Assembly: GCA_964384805.1 (NCBI GenBank)
Contig: CAYLLO010000002.1
Location: 1,683-65,682 of the forward strand
Source: an uncultured Staphylococcaceae bacterium
GTDB lineage: Bacteria; Bacillota_I; Bacilli_A; ML615J-28; CAG-313
Direction: 5' to 3'
DNA length: 64,000 bases
Shown: positions 1 through 13,131 of the stretch, piece by piece
Layout of the letters: each line of letters opens with the position of its first letter
Numbering within the stretch: the stretch's first letter is position 1
Program-made: the position numbers and the translations under genes
The notes under the pieces: generated by a model
What the model was told of the DNA's origin: nothing
What the model saw: only the letters and a program-made list of their open reading frames with translations
Database searches by the model: none

Positions 1-512
1 TTAACTCTTGATTGATATTCTTTCATTTCTTTTATTGTCAAACAAAGCTCATGTTGTCCAATCATATTCTCTACCATGACGGTAATATTAAATTGTTTAG
101 CATAATCACATAGTATTTGAGTATTTTTAATAGCTAAATCAAAAGCTTCTTCTTTTGATAATGTACCATCTAACTCTCCAGGATGAAGTGTAACTCCTTC
201 CGCATGATACTTGCTAGCAAACAAAATTGCCTCACGCAAACGATTCATAACGTTTTCTAAATTTTGGTAACTAGCAATATTATTTTTAGAACCATATGGC
301 AAATGAAGTACAACTCTAAAATTTGGATATTTTAAAAATCTTTGAATATTAGTTTCATAATTATTTTTTATTTCATCACTAACCTCATATGGATAAAATA
401 ACTCACATCCTCCATATATACCAGTTTTCACCAATAATTCTTCAGCTAAAGCAATTTGTTCAGCACTTCTTAAAGTAGTAATAGTAAAACATTTACAAAC
501 ATTATTTATCAT
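1..512 (-). CDS. Sugar-phosphate isomerase/epimerase-like (xylose-isomerase-type TIM barrel) protein, C-terminally cut by window edge
   Basis: Not in the ORF track. My own translation of the minus strand from the ATG at 510-512 runs open to position 1. A GGAG RBS lies about 8 nt upstream. The protein (MINNVCKCFTITTLRS...HLPYGS...LHPGE...) resembles AP-endonuclease-2 / sugar-phosphate isomerase TIM barrels. Confidence 0.35.
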   Translation of the reverse strand, partial: MINNVCKCFTITTLRSAEQIALAEELLVKTGIYGGCELFYPYEVSDEIKNNYETNIQRFLKYPNFRVVLHLPYGSKNNIASYQNLENVMNRLREAILFASKYHAEGVTLHPGELDGTLSKEEAFDLAIKNTQILCDYAKQFNITVMVENMIGQHELCLTIKEMKEYQSRV

Positions 513-591
513 ATTTTTTTCTCCTTCAGTTATGCTTATTATACTATATTTACAATCAAATGTAAAAAAAGATGACAATATTTTGTCATCT

Positions 592-1149
592 TTAATATCC
601 CATTTTTCTATAGTGTTCTAATAATTCTTTAAAACGATTAAAATGTACTACTTCTCTTTGACGTAAAAACAATAAAGGCTGAATCACATCATCATCTGTT
701 GCTAAGTTAATTAAGTTTTCATAAATAGCTCTTGCTTTTTCTTCAGCTGCCATATTTTCTGTTATATTAGCAATAACATCTCCTACTGCTGATATATATG
801 CAGTAGTAAATGGTATACCATCAGCACTAGCTGGGAATAAATCTAGTCCGTGTTCTGTATAGTACCCTTCAAGTCCTGCATCTTTAAAATCTTTAACTGT
901 TGCCCCCTTAGTCAACTGATAAAGCATTGCACAAATCATTTCAACATGTCCTAATTCTTCGGTTCCAATATCAGTTAGTAAAGCTTTACCATATTCATCT
1001 GGCATTGTATATCGTTGATTTAAATAACGAATCGCTGCCCCAAGTTCTCCTTGTGGCCCACCATATTGACTGATAATTGTTTTAGCCATTTTTAAATCTG
1101 GTTTTTGAATATTAACTCTAAATGGCAAGATTTTAGTATATTTAAACAT
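592..1149 (-). CDS. cotJC: Spore coat protein CotJC (manganese-catalase/ferritin-like family)
   Basis: 185 aa. Conserved CotJC stretches are present (ELGAAIRYLNQRY, GTEELGHVEMI). Its start overlaps the stop of the upstream CotJB-like ORF by ATGA. Confidence 0.8.
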   Translation of the reverse strand: MFKYTKILPFRVNIQKPDLKMAKTIISQYGGPQGELGAAIRYLNQRYTMPDEYGKALLTDIGTEELGHVEMICAMLYQLTKGATVKDFKDAGLEGYYTEHGLDLFPASADGIPFTTAYISAVGDVIANITENMAAEEKARAIYENLINLATDDDVIQPLLFLRQREVVHFNRFKELLEHYRKMGY

Positions 1150-1616
1150 TATGAGTCACCTCTTTCAAAAGGCCAAGGATTCATCCACTTCCAAGTTGTT
1201 CTTGCGACATTTTCATCTTGAGTTATTGGACTATATTGTTTTGAATAAAATGCTATTGTTTCATCTAATTTTTGTTGATAATCACGATATAACATTAAGG
1301 CTTCTTGATCATTTGGATTTAAATCTAAATATAGGTTTAAATCAGCACATGCAAAGTCATAAGCTTGAATAGTTCTCATTAAATCTTCTTTTGGAGTGTA
1401 TTGACCAATAAATGATGGTTTATAGTTTTTATAAGGAATATATGTCCCTTTTTCCATGTTTCCCAGTAAATAACCTTCCATTATGGATACAAACTTATTA
1501 GCATTTTCATTTTTTCCACCTGAATTATTATTTATATTATTCACACTATATGGTTTTTCAAAATAATTTATGTGTTGCATTTTTACCTCCCACATTAGTG
1601 TATGTAAAATATTCAT
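1149..1616 (-). CDS. cotJB: CotJA-like / CotJB fusion spore coat protein
   Basis: The C-terminal ~85 aa match CotJB (AYDFACADLNLYLDLNPNDQEA ... WKWMNPWPFE). The N-terminal ~70 aa carry a CotJA-like GT.xP segment (MEKGTYIPY). It is a single uninterrupted 155-aa ORF. Confidence 0.6.
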   Translation of the reverse strand: MNILHTLMWEVKMQHINYFEKPYSVNNINNNSGGKNENANKFVSIMEGYLLGNMEKGTYIPYKNYKPSFIGQYTPKEDLMRTIQAYDFACADLNLYLDLNPNDQEALMLYRDYQQKLDETIAFYSKQYSPITQDENVARTTWKWMNPWPFERGDS

Positions 1617-2521
1617 TCTTGGTATGGGATTATATCTTGTGGTTTTAAAATCTTTATTTCTAATGGCAATAGCTCATTAGTGTTTTCAAAAACTCTTTTT
1701 TGAACATATTCAATTAAAGCATGCATTTCTACAAAAGAGGCCTTACCTAAATTAATAAAAAAATTATGGTGTTGAGAACTTACCATCGCATCACCTATTT
1801 TTAATTGTTCAAGATGATTATCTTCAATTATCTTCCAAGCTTTTTTCTTTTCTAAATTTTTGAAAATACATCCTGCATTTTTAGTTTTTAAGGGTTGAGT
1901 AGCTTTTTTATGGGCCCATGCATTTTGAAGAATATCTACATTTTGTTGATTTTGAGCTTTATTAAACTGAAAATAACCCTTAACTATAATCCCACGATTA
2001 GTTTGAAATGGTGAGCTTCGATAACCAAAATCATTAAAATCAGTTAAATGAATTAATTCTCCTTTAGGAGTTAAATAATCAACTCCTCGCAAGTATTTTT
2101 TTACATCTTCTCCATAAGCACTAGCATTCATATAGATTGCTCCACCAATTGTTCCAGGAACCATTGCCAAACATAATGGAGGAAAGTACCCTAACAAAGT
2201 AATTTTAGTTCCACATGGCATAGCATTAACCCCTGCTTCTATTATAAACATTCCCTTTTCATAATTCATTTTATTTAACCTTTTCAAACTAATTACTACA
2301 ATATTAAAATCTTCATCACTAACTAAAAGATTAGTGCCATTACCTAAAATAAAATATGGCATTTTTTTAGTATTTAAGTACTTTATTAAGGATTGTAATT
2401 TATTAATGTCTTCTACTTCGATAAAATATTTAATTTTTCCTCCAATTTTTATGGAGGTTTTATCTCTAAAACAAACATCTAAACTTATATTACCAAAAGA
2501 ACTTAACTCATTTTCCAACAT
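1613..2521 (-). CDS. murB: UDP-N-acetylenolpyruvoylglucosamine reductase
   Basis: 302 aa with MurB FAD-binding and C-terminal domain similarity. It lies directly downstream of murG. Confidence 0.85.
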   Translation of the reverse strand: MLENELSSFGNISLDVCFRDKTSIKIGGKIKYFIEVEDINKLQSLIKYLNTKKMPYFILGNGTNLLVSDEDFNIVVISLKRLNKMNYEKGMFIIEAGVNAMPCGTKITLLGYFPPLCLAMVPGTIGGAIYMNASAYGEDVKKYLRGVDYLTPKGELIHLTDFNDFGYRSSPFQTNRGIIVKGYFQFNKAQNQQNVDILQNAWAHKKATQPLKTKNAGCIFKNLEKKKAWKIIEDNHLEQLKIGDAMVSSQHHNFFINLGKASFVEMHALIEYVQKRVFENTNELLPLEIKILKPQDIIPYQE

Positions 2522-3563
2522 TTTTTACCTCCTCTAACCAATCTTGATGATTGTAATTTTCTCTTATTTTTTTCAAACTATCTTTGATAAAAGGATTACT
2601 GATTACTTCTTTTATTTTTTTATTCAATAATTCTAATGTTAATTCTTTTTCTTCAATTATTGTAGAGGCATTTTGTTGTTCTAAAAACAAAGCATTGTGA
2701 TATTGATGATTATTAGTAACATTAGGTGAAGGGATTAGAATTGAAGGAATCAATAATCCAATAATTTCAAAAATAGTACTTGCTCCAGCCCGCGAAATCA
2801 CAATATTTGCCTTCGATAATAAGTCTAATAAATTATCTTCAAAAGGTTTAATCAAATAATGTTTACTTTCTTTATTTCCTAACTTAGTTATCACTTCTTC
2901 ATAATATTTTCGTCCTGTCACAACAGTCGTATAATATTTGTATGATTCCTCACTAAGTAAAAATTTAACTATTATTTCATTAATCATTTTTGATCCTAAT
3001 GTTCCTGATGTGACTACAATATGATTGTTAGTTACTAAATTTTTTTCCAATTTTTGGGCTTCTTTCATTCTTGGATTACCGATAACTATAAGATTGTCTC
3101 TTTTTATGTTTAACGGAAAAGCGGATAATATTAAATCAACAATAGGTAGACACATTTTATTAGCTAAACCCATTATTGTATTTTGTTCATGCATAATAGT
3201 TGTAATATTTAACCTTTTAGCCATTTTTAATGTTATAGCACTTATATAACCTCCCATACCAATAACTAGTTGACTATTTTGTAAAACTTTTTTAATACTA
3301 ATTGAACTTTTTATTATTTTTCCCAAATTAATAATATTTTTAAAAGGATTTTTTCTACTTAACCCATCGACATTATAATAGTAAATATAATCTATATCTT
3401 TATTATTATTAATAAATTCATACTGTTTTTCTTTAACTGTCATAATAAACACTATCTTATGTTGAGGATATATTTTTTTTATATCTTTAACCATTGAGAT
3501 AGCTGGCATAATATGTCCTAACGTTCCTCCACAAGCAAAAACGATTGTATCTTGTTTTCTCAT
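2508..3563 (-). CDS. murG: Undecaprenyldiphospho-muramoylpentapeptide beta-N-acetylglucosaminyltransferase
   Basis: 351 aa with the N-terminal GGTGGH-like motif (ACGGTLGHIMPA) of the GT28 family. It is embedded between ftsW/spoVE and murB. Confidence 0.85.
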   Translation of the reverse strand: MRKQDTIVFACGGTLGHIMPAISMVKDIKKIYPQHKIVFIMTVKEKQYEFINNNKDIDYIYYYNVDGLSRKNPFKNIINLGKIIKSSISIKKVLQNSQLVIGMGGYISAITLKMAKRLNITTIMHEQNTIMGLANKMCLPIVDLILSAFPLNIKRDNLIVIGNPRMKEAQKLEKNLVTNNHIVVTSGTLGSKMINEIIVKFLLSEESYKYYTTVVTGRKYYEEVITKLGNKESKHYLIKPFEDNLLDLLSKANIVISRAGASTIFEIIGLLIPSILIPSPNVTNNHQYHNALFLEQQNASTIIEEKELTLELLNKKIKEVISNPFIKDSLKKIRENYNHQDWLEEVKNVGK

Positions 3564-4669
3564 TAATATTTCCTTTCTTGATATTTACTAATGTTTAAAA
3601 GTAAGCCTAAAGACATCAGCGTAATTATTAAACTAGAACCACCATAACTAATAATTGGCAAAGTTATTCCTGTAATAGGGAGAATCCCTATAACTACTGA
3701 AATATTAATAAATACTTGTGTAAAAATCGAAATTCCTAATCCTAAAGCTAAAAAAGATTTATATGAATCATCAATTCTTGAAGCAATTCTAATTGCTTTA
3801 ATAAGAATATACAAATACGCTAAAATCAATAATACACTACCAAATAAACCTAATTCTTCAGCGACAATCGCAAAGATAAAATCATTTTGGGGTTCAGGTA
3901 AAAAGAAATGCTTCTGCATACTTTTATTAAATCCTAAGCCAAAAATACCACTAGGAGATAAGGCAAATAATGATTGAATACCTTGAAATCCACTTCCCAA
4001 TGGATCGCTCCAAGGATCTAAAAAAGCCAAAATTCTTTCCATTCGATATGGTTCAGTAATAATCAATGCAACAATCCCTAAAATACCAATTCCTCCTAAA
4101 ATTAAAAAATATTTAAGGGGAACTCCACTTACAAATAATAACAAAAAACAGCTAATAACAATAACTAATCCTGTTCCAAAATCTGGTTGTAATAAAATTA
4201 TGCCAAAAATCAAGCAAATTAAAGTAAGAATACTTAAAAAATTTTTTATTTTTTTTAATTCTTCATAATACTCACTTAGATATTTTGATAAAAGTAAAAT
4301 TAATCCGACTTTCATAAATTCTGCTGGCTGAATACTAAAAATTCCTATCCCAATCCAAGATCTTGCTCCACCTCTTACTAATCCAATTCCTGGAATTAAA
4401 ACAATAATCAATAAAGCTAAAATAACATAAAAAATTAAACTCGTGTATTTCTTTATTTTATCTAAATCAATTCTTGTCATTATATACATTAAAACTAACC
4501 CTACAACTAAAAATAATAGCTGTCGCTTAAAAAAGTAAAATTCATCATCATATCGATATCTTGCCACAACATTACTAGCACTATATACATACAACAAGCC
4601 AAAGATACAAAGAATAATTATATCAATTAATAATAATACATCTACTTTTTGGGGAGTTCTCTTATTCAT
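3563..4669 (-). CDS. FtsW/RodA/SpoVE family peptidoglycan glycosyltransferase (SEDS); likely spoVE-type by synteny with murG-murB
   Basis: 368 aa polytopic membrane protein with SEDS family similarity. It sits upstream of murG, as spoVE does in Bacillus. Confidence 0.8.
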   Translation of the reverse strand: MNKRTPQKVDVLLLIDIIILCIFGLLYVYSASNVVARYRYDDEFYFFKRQLLFLVVGLVLMYIMTRIDLDKIKKYTSLIFYVILALLIIVLIPGIGLVRGGARSWIGIGIFSIQPAEFMKVGLILLLSKYLSEYYEELKKIKNFLSILTLICLIFGIILLQPDFGTGLVIVISCFLLLFVSGVPLKYFLILGGIGILGIVALIITEPYRMERILAFLDPWSDPLGSGFQGIQSLFALSPSGIFGLGFNKSMQKHFFLPEPQNDFIFAIVAEELGLFGSVLLILAYLYILIKAIRIASRIDDSYKSFLALGLGISIFTQVFINISVVIGILPITGITLPIISYGGSSLIITLMSLGLLLNISKYQERKY

Positions 4670-4763
4670 ATTTATTATTCACCAATATATTTTATTGTTC
4701 TAAACAATATTGTATGCCAAAGAAAAATCCTAAACACGGTATAGTACCATATTTAGGATTTTT

Positions 4764-5618
4764 TTATTTAACTAATTTTATTTGAAAACCTTTTGTATCT
4801 TTAACTTCTACATCAAATAACAATTCAAATTTATTACCCAGATATGTGAAATAAAAACTATTTTTTTCTTCATAACCATTACAATACATTTTATACCATT
4901 TTTTGACTTCACTTATTTTATCATCAGAAGTAATATATTCTGGGTATTCAAATTGATAGTAAAATTCATTTGTATATTCATCTTTATCTAATAAAGATTT
5001 TAATTCTAAGTTACCACTGACTTCATATTTTGTATCATATGGTAAATTTAACAAATACAGCTTATTCTCATTATCAACACGTTCTACATAAATTGGAACT
5101 TCCATTGTAATAGTAACATTAGTTGTGTATGGCGTAGTATAATATCGTTTTCCACCACTAATAAAAGTACGATAATAAAAAGAGAATCTTGTGCCTGTTT
5201 CATCCCAAACAACGCGCATAATTTCTTTAGAATAAGTTTGAGGGTCATCTAATGGTAATTTGTCACGTCCAAATTTTGCTTCTCCATTATCATTTGTCTG
5301 ATCAGTTACCTTGGTATTAATTCCTCGACTTTCAAAGGGCTCAATGTTCTTGGCAAAAAAATCACTAAATTCATAAAAATCATTTTTTGCAAATAAATAC
5401 TTGCACTTTGTTGAAAAATCTGCAACATTAACTATACCATCATATTCAAAATGAAATACTGGAAGTTCACCTTCATATACTAAATGCTCGACAATTTCAT
5501 CTGGAATTGTAACATCTACACCATTTTCATAGGCAATAGTATCATTACAACTTGTTAAAATCAAACTCATCAATATAAAAATAAGTGTAGACATTATTTT
5601 TTTCATTTTTTTCTTCAT
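4764..5618 (-). CDS. Hypothetical lipoprotein
   Basis: Signal peptide with a lipobox (LILTSC). No recognisable domain. Confidence 0.45.
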   Translation of the reverse strand: MKKKMKKIMSTLIFILMSLILTSCNDTIAYENGVDVTIPDEIVEHLVYEGELPVFHFEYDGIVNVADFSTKCKYLFAKNDFYEFSDFFAKNIEPFESRGINTKVTDQTNDNGEAKFGRDKLPLDDPQTYSKEIMRVVWDETGTRFSFYYRTFISGGKRYYTTPYTTNVTITMEVPIYVERVDNENKLYLLNLPYDTKYEVSGNLELKSLLDKDEYTNEFYYQFEYPEYITSDDKISEVKKWYKMYCNGYEEKNSFYFTYLGNKFELLFDVEVKDTKGFQIKLVK

Positions 5619-5620
5619 TT

Positions 5621-8093
<2,473 letters not shown>

Positions 8094-8097
<4 letters not shown>

Positions 8098-9794
8098 TTC
8101 ACCTCGTCAATTATTTTAGATACCGCTGTTTTTAACGCAGTTACTAATGCTGTAGATTCTTCTTTTGTCTTGCATACAATTGAGATGTATACTTTTAATT
8201 TAGGTTCTGTTCCAGATGGTCTTAAAACAAACCATCCACCATCATCAAAAATATACTTAACAACTAATGATTTCGGTAACGTTAATTTTTCAATATTACC
8301 CCTTGTTTTAGCAATTCCCAAATCATAATCCTCAATGCGGACAATTTTTTTGCCAGCAATTTCGTCAATTTCCAATTTTTGGAAATAATTCATTATTTTC
8401 TTAATACGAGCACTACCTTCTTGTCCACGTAAGTAAATATTCAATACTCCTTCTTGATAGTAACCAAATTCTTTATAAATATCATCTAACACTTGAACCA
8501 AAGTTTTATTTTGCTCTTTATAGAATGATGCCACTTCCGCAAGTAATAAAGTTGCTTGAAGTGAATCTTTATCACGAACAAAATCTTTGATTACATACCC
8601 ATAAGATTCTTCATATCCAAAGAAAAATTCTTCATCTGTATTTTCAATTAACTTAGCTTGTTCTCCTATAAATTTAAATCCTGTTAAAGTTTGGACAAGT
8701 TTTAAGCCAAATTTTTCACAAATAGCTTTCGCAATATTCGATGTTACGATAGTATTATAAACATTAACTTTTGGTCCATGCGTCTTGTATTTAGCCAAAT
8801 AATTTAATAAAATAGCTCCTGTTTGGTTACCTGTTAATAAAACATATTCTCCATTTTCATCAAGAGCAGCAATTCCCATACGGTCAGCATCTGGGTCTGT
8901 TGCAATTAAAATATCTGCATTTTCTGCTTTTCCTAGTCTAATCGCATATTCAAATGCACTTGCTTCTTCGGGGTTAGGAGATTTTAAAGTACTAAAATAT
9001 GGATCCGGAATCATTTGTTCTTTAACTTCAACCACATGATAGCCTTCACCCTTTAATAGTGCTGCTAAATGAACTGAAGCAGTACCATGGAGAGGTGTGA
9101 AAACAATCTTAATATTGTCTTTTTTAACCTGTTGAACTGGGACAGTCTTGACCATTTCTAAATATTTTTCATCAACTTCTTTATCAATAAAAACAATCTT
9201 CCCTGCTTTCTTTAATTCAGTAAAATCTTTAACTTGAATTGAAAAAATATCTTGAATATTTTCAATTTTATTAATTACGATATCCGCAAGACTTGGAATC
9301 AACTGACATCCATCCTCGTCATATACTTTATATCCATTATATTCAGGTGGATTATGACTAGCTGTTATCATTATTCCTCCAACACATTTTAATTCTCTAA
9401 CCGCAAAACTTAATTCTGGAGTAGGTCTTAAACTTGAAAATAAATATACTTTCACTCCATTGCTTGCAAGAACTGAAGCCGCAGCACATGCAAATTCATA
9501 ACTATAGTTACGACAATCATAAGAGATTACCATACCACGTTCAGTCAAATCATTGTATTTTTCGACTAAATATTGATAGAAACCATATGTTGCTTTTTGA
9601 ATGGTATAAATATTCATACGATTAGTACCAACACCTAATACTCCTCTTAAACCACCTGTACCAAATTCTAAATCCGTATAAAATGCATCATTTAGTTTCT
9701 CTTCATCTAAAGTTTCTAACTCTTCTTTAAGTTTTTTATCAAGAGCGGGATATTCTTGCCATTTCTTGATTTTTTCCATTACTAATTTATCCAT
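8094..9794 (-). CDS. pgcA: Phosphoglucomutase / phospho-sugar mutase (alpha-D-phosphohexomutase family)
   Basis: 566 aa with the active-site phosphoserine loop [13 protein letters not shown]. Confidence 0.8.
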
Positions 9795-9847
9795 AAAATT
9801 CTCCTATATTTATAAAATTTTTATAATCTAAAATAAACATAATGTCT

Positions 9848-12800
9848 CTATATCAAGCGCATATTTTCTACTAATAATTGTAATTGGTTTTTACGTCTTT
9901 CAATTTTTCCTTCAATTTCGTATACCCCACCAACCATAAAATCAACTAAACGTTCATATTGTTTGGGAAATAAAGTAATTTCAATTGCATCAGAATCATC
10001 ATATACAGTACAAAACGCCATCTTTTCTCCGTTACTAGTTTTAATCTCTTTAATTTTTTTAACAATTCCCAATATCTTGGCATATTGGCTTTTTTTGGCT
10101 TCCTTTATTTTTTGAAGCTTAGGATTATGATATAAATGTTGATATTGAAACATAAAGTTATATTTAATATTTAACCCTAAAACTTCTTTTTCTTTTTCTA
10201 ATAAATAACCATAAGCAAATTCATCAATATCATAATCAGTTTCTAATAATTCTAATTGATTTATGAAACTATACTGAGTTTTACTTAAAATAGTTTTGTA
10301 AGTATTAATCATTGCTTTTTTAGTTAATCCAAAACTATCTAAAGCTCCACTATAAATAATGTTTTCTAATAAAGAAGAGGAAATTAGATTTTTTGTTCTA
10401 ATCACAAAATCTTCAAAACTATTAAATATCCCTTTTTGTCGTTCATTAATTATGTCTTTAGTCTTAACTCCGCCAAGACCCATTATACCTGATAACGGGT
10501 AAATAATTTGATGATTTTTCGATACAAAAACATCTATACTTTGATTAATTGATGGCGGTAAAATATTAATGTTTTGTTTTTTAGCTTCCGCAACATATTC
10601 ATTCATCATAATATCTGAACCAATAATACTGCTCATTAAACTACTAAAATAATGTTCAGGATAATTAGCCTTTAAATAAGCGGTCTCGTATGCTATTACC
10701 GCATAAGCAACACTATGAGCTTTATTAAAACCGTAATTTGCGAACTTAACAATATAGTCATATATCTCTTCGGCAACTTCACTTGTATATCCTTGTTTCA
10801 TCGAAGATTTGACAAAATTAACTCGTTCGGCTTCTAAAATTTCTTTATTCTTCTTGGATACGGCCCTTCTTAAAATATCAGCCTGTCCTAAACTATACCC
10901 TGCAAACTTCCAAGCAATAAGCATAATTTGATCTTGATACACAATTGTACCATAAGTACTTTTTAAAATTTGCTCTAAGTCGGGATGTGGATAAGTAACT
11001 TTTTCTTTCCCAAACTTACGTTTTATAAAATTTGGAATAATATCCATTGGCCCAGGGCGATAAAGTGCAATAGCACTTGTAATATCATCAAAGGAACTAA
11101 CTCTTAAGTCACGTAAAACCTTACGAATACCAGATGATTCAAGTTGAAATACTCCCATTGTCTCACCTTCAGCAATCATTTTAAATGTTTTTTGATCATT
11201 ATACTCTCTAGGCATTACAAAATTTGGATTTTCTTTTTTAATACTATCAATACAATTTTTAATATTGGTTAAATTCCTAAGTCCTAAAAAATCATTTTTT
11301 AATAATCCTAATTTTTCTAAATCTATTGCTTCATATTGGGTTTGATAAATATCATTTAGGCCTACATCTAATGGAGTATAATTTACTAACTCTTCTTTTG
11401 TCATCACTATTCCGGCAGCATGGGTTGAAGTATTTCGTGGCAAACCTTCTATTTGCATTGCAATTGTCACAACTTGTCGAATGTCATCATATTTGTGGCA
11501 AAGTTCCTGTAATTTTTCACTTTTATCATAAATACTTTTAAGCGACATATATGAATCTTTACCAATACATTTTAAAATTTCTTTCAATCGAATATCATTC
11601 AACTTTAACACTTTAGCAACATCTCTAATTGCACTTTTAGAAGCAAAACAACCAAAAGTAACAATATGAGCTACATGTTCTTTACCATATTTTTTTCCTA
11701 CATATTTAATAACTTCATCACGTCGATCATCGGGAAAATCGATATCAATATCAGGCATCGTTGCCCGCTCTAAATTTAAGAAACGTTCAAACAATAATTG
11801 ATGTTTGATAGGATCAATATCTGTTATTCCTAAACAATAACTAACCAAGGAAGCTGGAGCTGAACCTCTTCCTGGACCAACATAAATATCTTCTTTTTTA
11901 GCAAATTTAACATAATCCCAAACAATTAAAAAATAATCGTCAAAACCCATTTGGTGAATGATTTGTAATTCATAATTTAAACGTTTATAATAATGCTCAG
12001 TTAATTTTTTATCTATTATCTGTTTATCGTTTAATCGTTTATTCAACCCTTTTTGACATAATGCTAACAAATACTTTTCTGTATCTATTTCTGCTGAATA
12101 ATTAGGTGTTAAGTATTCATTAAATCGCAAATAAATATTGGTCATTTTGACAATTTCCACAGTATTATTAATTGCTTCAGGTAAGTCACTAAATAATTTT
12201 AAATACTCTTGATTATCAAATATACTATAATCAACATTATCACTGACATATTTACTATTTTTAATTGTCTTTAAAACATGTAAAGCCGTTAATTCCTCTT
12301 TAGATACAGCTGCCACTTCATGTAATGCAACAACTTTAATATTGTTTTGTTTCACAAAATATTTTATTTTTTCATATTTATTTATTTCATATTTAGTATC
12401 TTTTGATATTCCTAAATATAAAAAACTATAAATATTTTTTAATAAATTGTAATGTTCTAAAGCCCATCGTGGTTGATGTTCAAAATTATTATAAATGAAA
12501 TTATATCTTCCAGCTGTCACAGCAATAATTCCTAATGATGTTTTCTGTAAATATTCTAACTCAACATAACCATTTTGAATTTTACTTCGACTGCTAATTT
12601 TCATTAAATTTTGATAGCCAATATTATTTAAAGCATACAATAAAAGACTACTTTCAATATCATTATAGCGATAATTAACTTTTAATCCAATAACAGGTTT
12701 GATATTATGATTTAAACAAGTCTCATAAAATTTGATTGTCCCATGCATATTACCATTATCTGTCATTGCTAGAGCTGTACACCCTTTACTCTTGGCAACC

Positions 12801-12883
12801 TCAACAAGACGAGAAATAGCACAAGTACTATCTAGCATTGAATATTCCGTTTTAACGAAAAGATTAATAAATTCCATAGCCAT
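9848..12883 (-). CDS. dnaE: DNA polymerase III subunit alpha (short DnaE type)
   Basis: 1011 aa. It has an N-terminal PHP domain followed by Pol III alpha core similarity throughout. Confidence 0.9.
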   Translation of the reverse strand: MAMEFINLFVKTEYSMLDSTCAISRLVEVAKSKGCTALAMTDNGNMHGTIKFYETCLNHNIKPVIGLKVNYRYNDIESSLLLYALNNIGYQNLMKISSRSKIQNGYVELEYLQKTSLGIIAVTAGRYNFIYNNFEHQPRWALEHYNLLKNIYSFLYLGISKDTKYEINKYEKIKYFVKQNNIKVVALHEVAAVSKEELTALHVLKTIKNSKYVSDNVDYSIFDNQEYLKLFSDLPEAINNTVEIVKMTNIYLRFNEYLTPNYSAEIDTEKYLLALCQKGLNKRLNDKQIIDKKLTEHYYKRLNYELQIIHQMGFDDYFLIVWDYVKFAKKEDIYVGPGRGSAPASLVSYCLGITDIDPIKHQLLFERFLNLERATMPDIDIDFPDDRRDEVIKYVGKKYGKEHVAHIVTFGCFASKSAIRDVAKVLKLNDIRLKEILKCIGKDSYMSLKSIYDKSEKLQELCHKYDDIRQVVTIAMQIEGLPRNTSTHAAGIVMTKEELVNYTPLDVGLNDIYQTQYEAIDLEKLGLLKNDFLGLRNLTNIKNCIDSIKKENPNFVMPREYNDQKTFKMIAEGETMGVFQLESSGIRKVLRDLRVSSFDDITSAIALYRPGPMDIIPNFIKRKFGKEKVTYPHPDLEQILKSTYGTIVYQDQIMLIAWKFAGYSLGQADILRRAVSKKNKEILEAERVNFVKSSMKQGYTSEVAEEIYDYIVKFANYGFNKAHSVAYAVIAYETAYLKANYPEHYFSSLMSSIIGSDIMMNEYVAEAKKQNINILPPSINQSIDVFVSKNHQIIYPLSGIMGLGGVKTKDIINERQKGIFNSFEDFVIRTKNLISSSLLENIIYSGALDSFGLTKKAMINTYKTILSKTQYSFINQLELLETDYDIDEFAYGYLLEKEKEVLGLNIKYNFMFQYQHLYHNPKLQKIKEAKKSQYAKILGIVKKIKEIKTSNGEKMAFCTVYDDSDAIEITLFPKQYERLVDFMVGGVYEIEGKIERRKNQLQLLVENMRLI

Positions 12884-13035
12884 TTCCTTTCTTGTTTTTT
12901 ATAGTATACCATAATTATGTTTTTTTTTCAATTACATAATGTAAAAATTTAGTCTTCTAAAAAAGTTAGTTCTTAAACTAATAATCACAATCTCAGGTTT
13001 GTTAATTATTATTTAAAAATAAATACAAATAATTA

Positions 13036-13070
13036 AAAAAGCGTCTAGTATATTACCCACTAAACGCTTA
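13036..13070 (-). terminator. Putative rho-independent terminator downstream of the M6 protease gene
   Basis: Hairpin AAGCGT..(loop)..ACGCTT, followed on the minus strand by TTTTAATTATTT. Confidence 0.4.
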
Positions 13071-13131
13071 TCATTTTAATCTATAACTTATTAATTTAGA
13101 TTAAATAATCTAAACTTGTACTTCAGTTCTA

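Noticed and set aside
13098-13117. AT-only palindrome TTTAGATT-AAAT-AATCTAAA just after the M6 protease stop codon
   Set aside because: Pure A/T 8-bp arms would be unstable as RNA. It is common by chance at this base composition.
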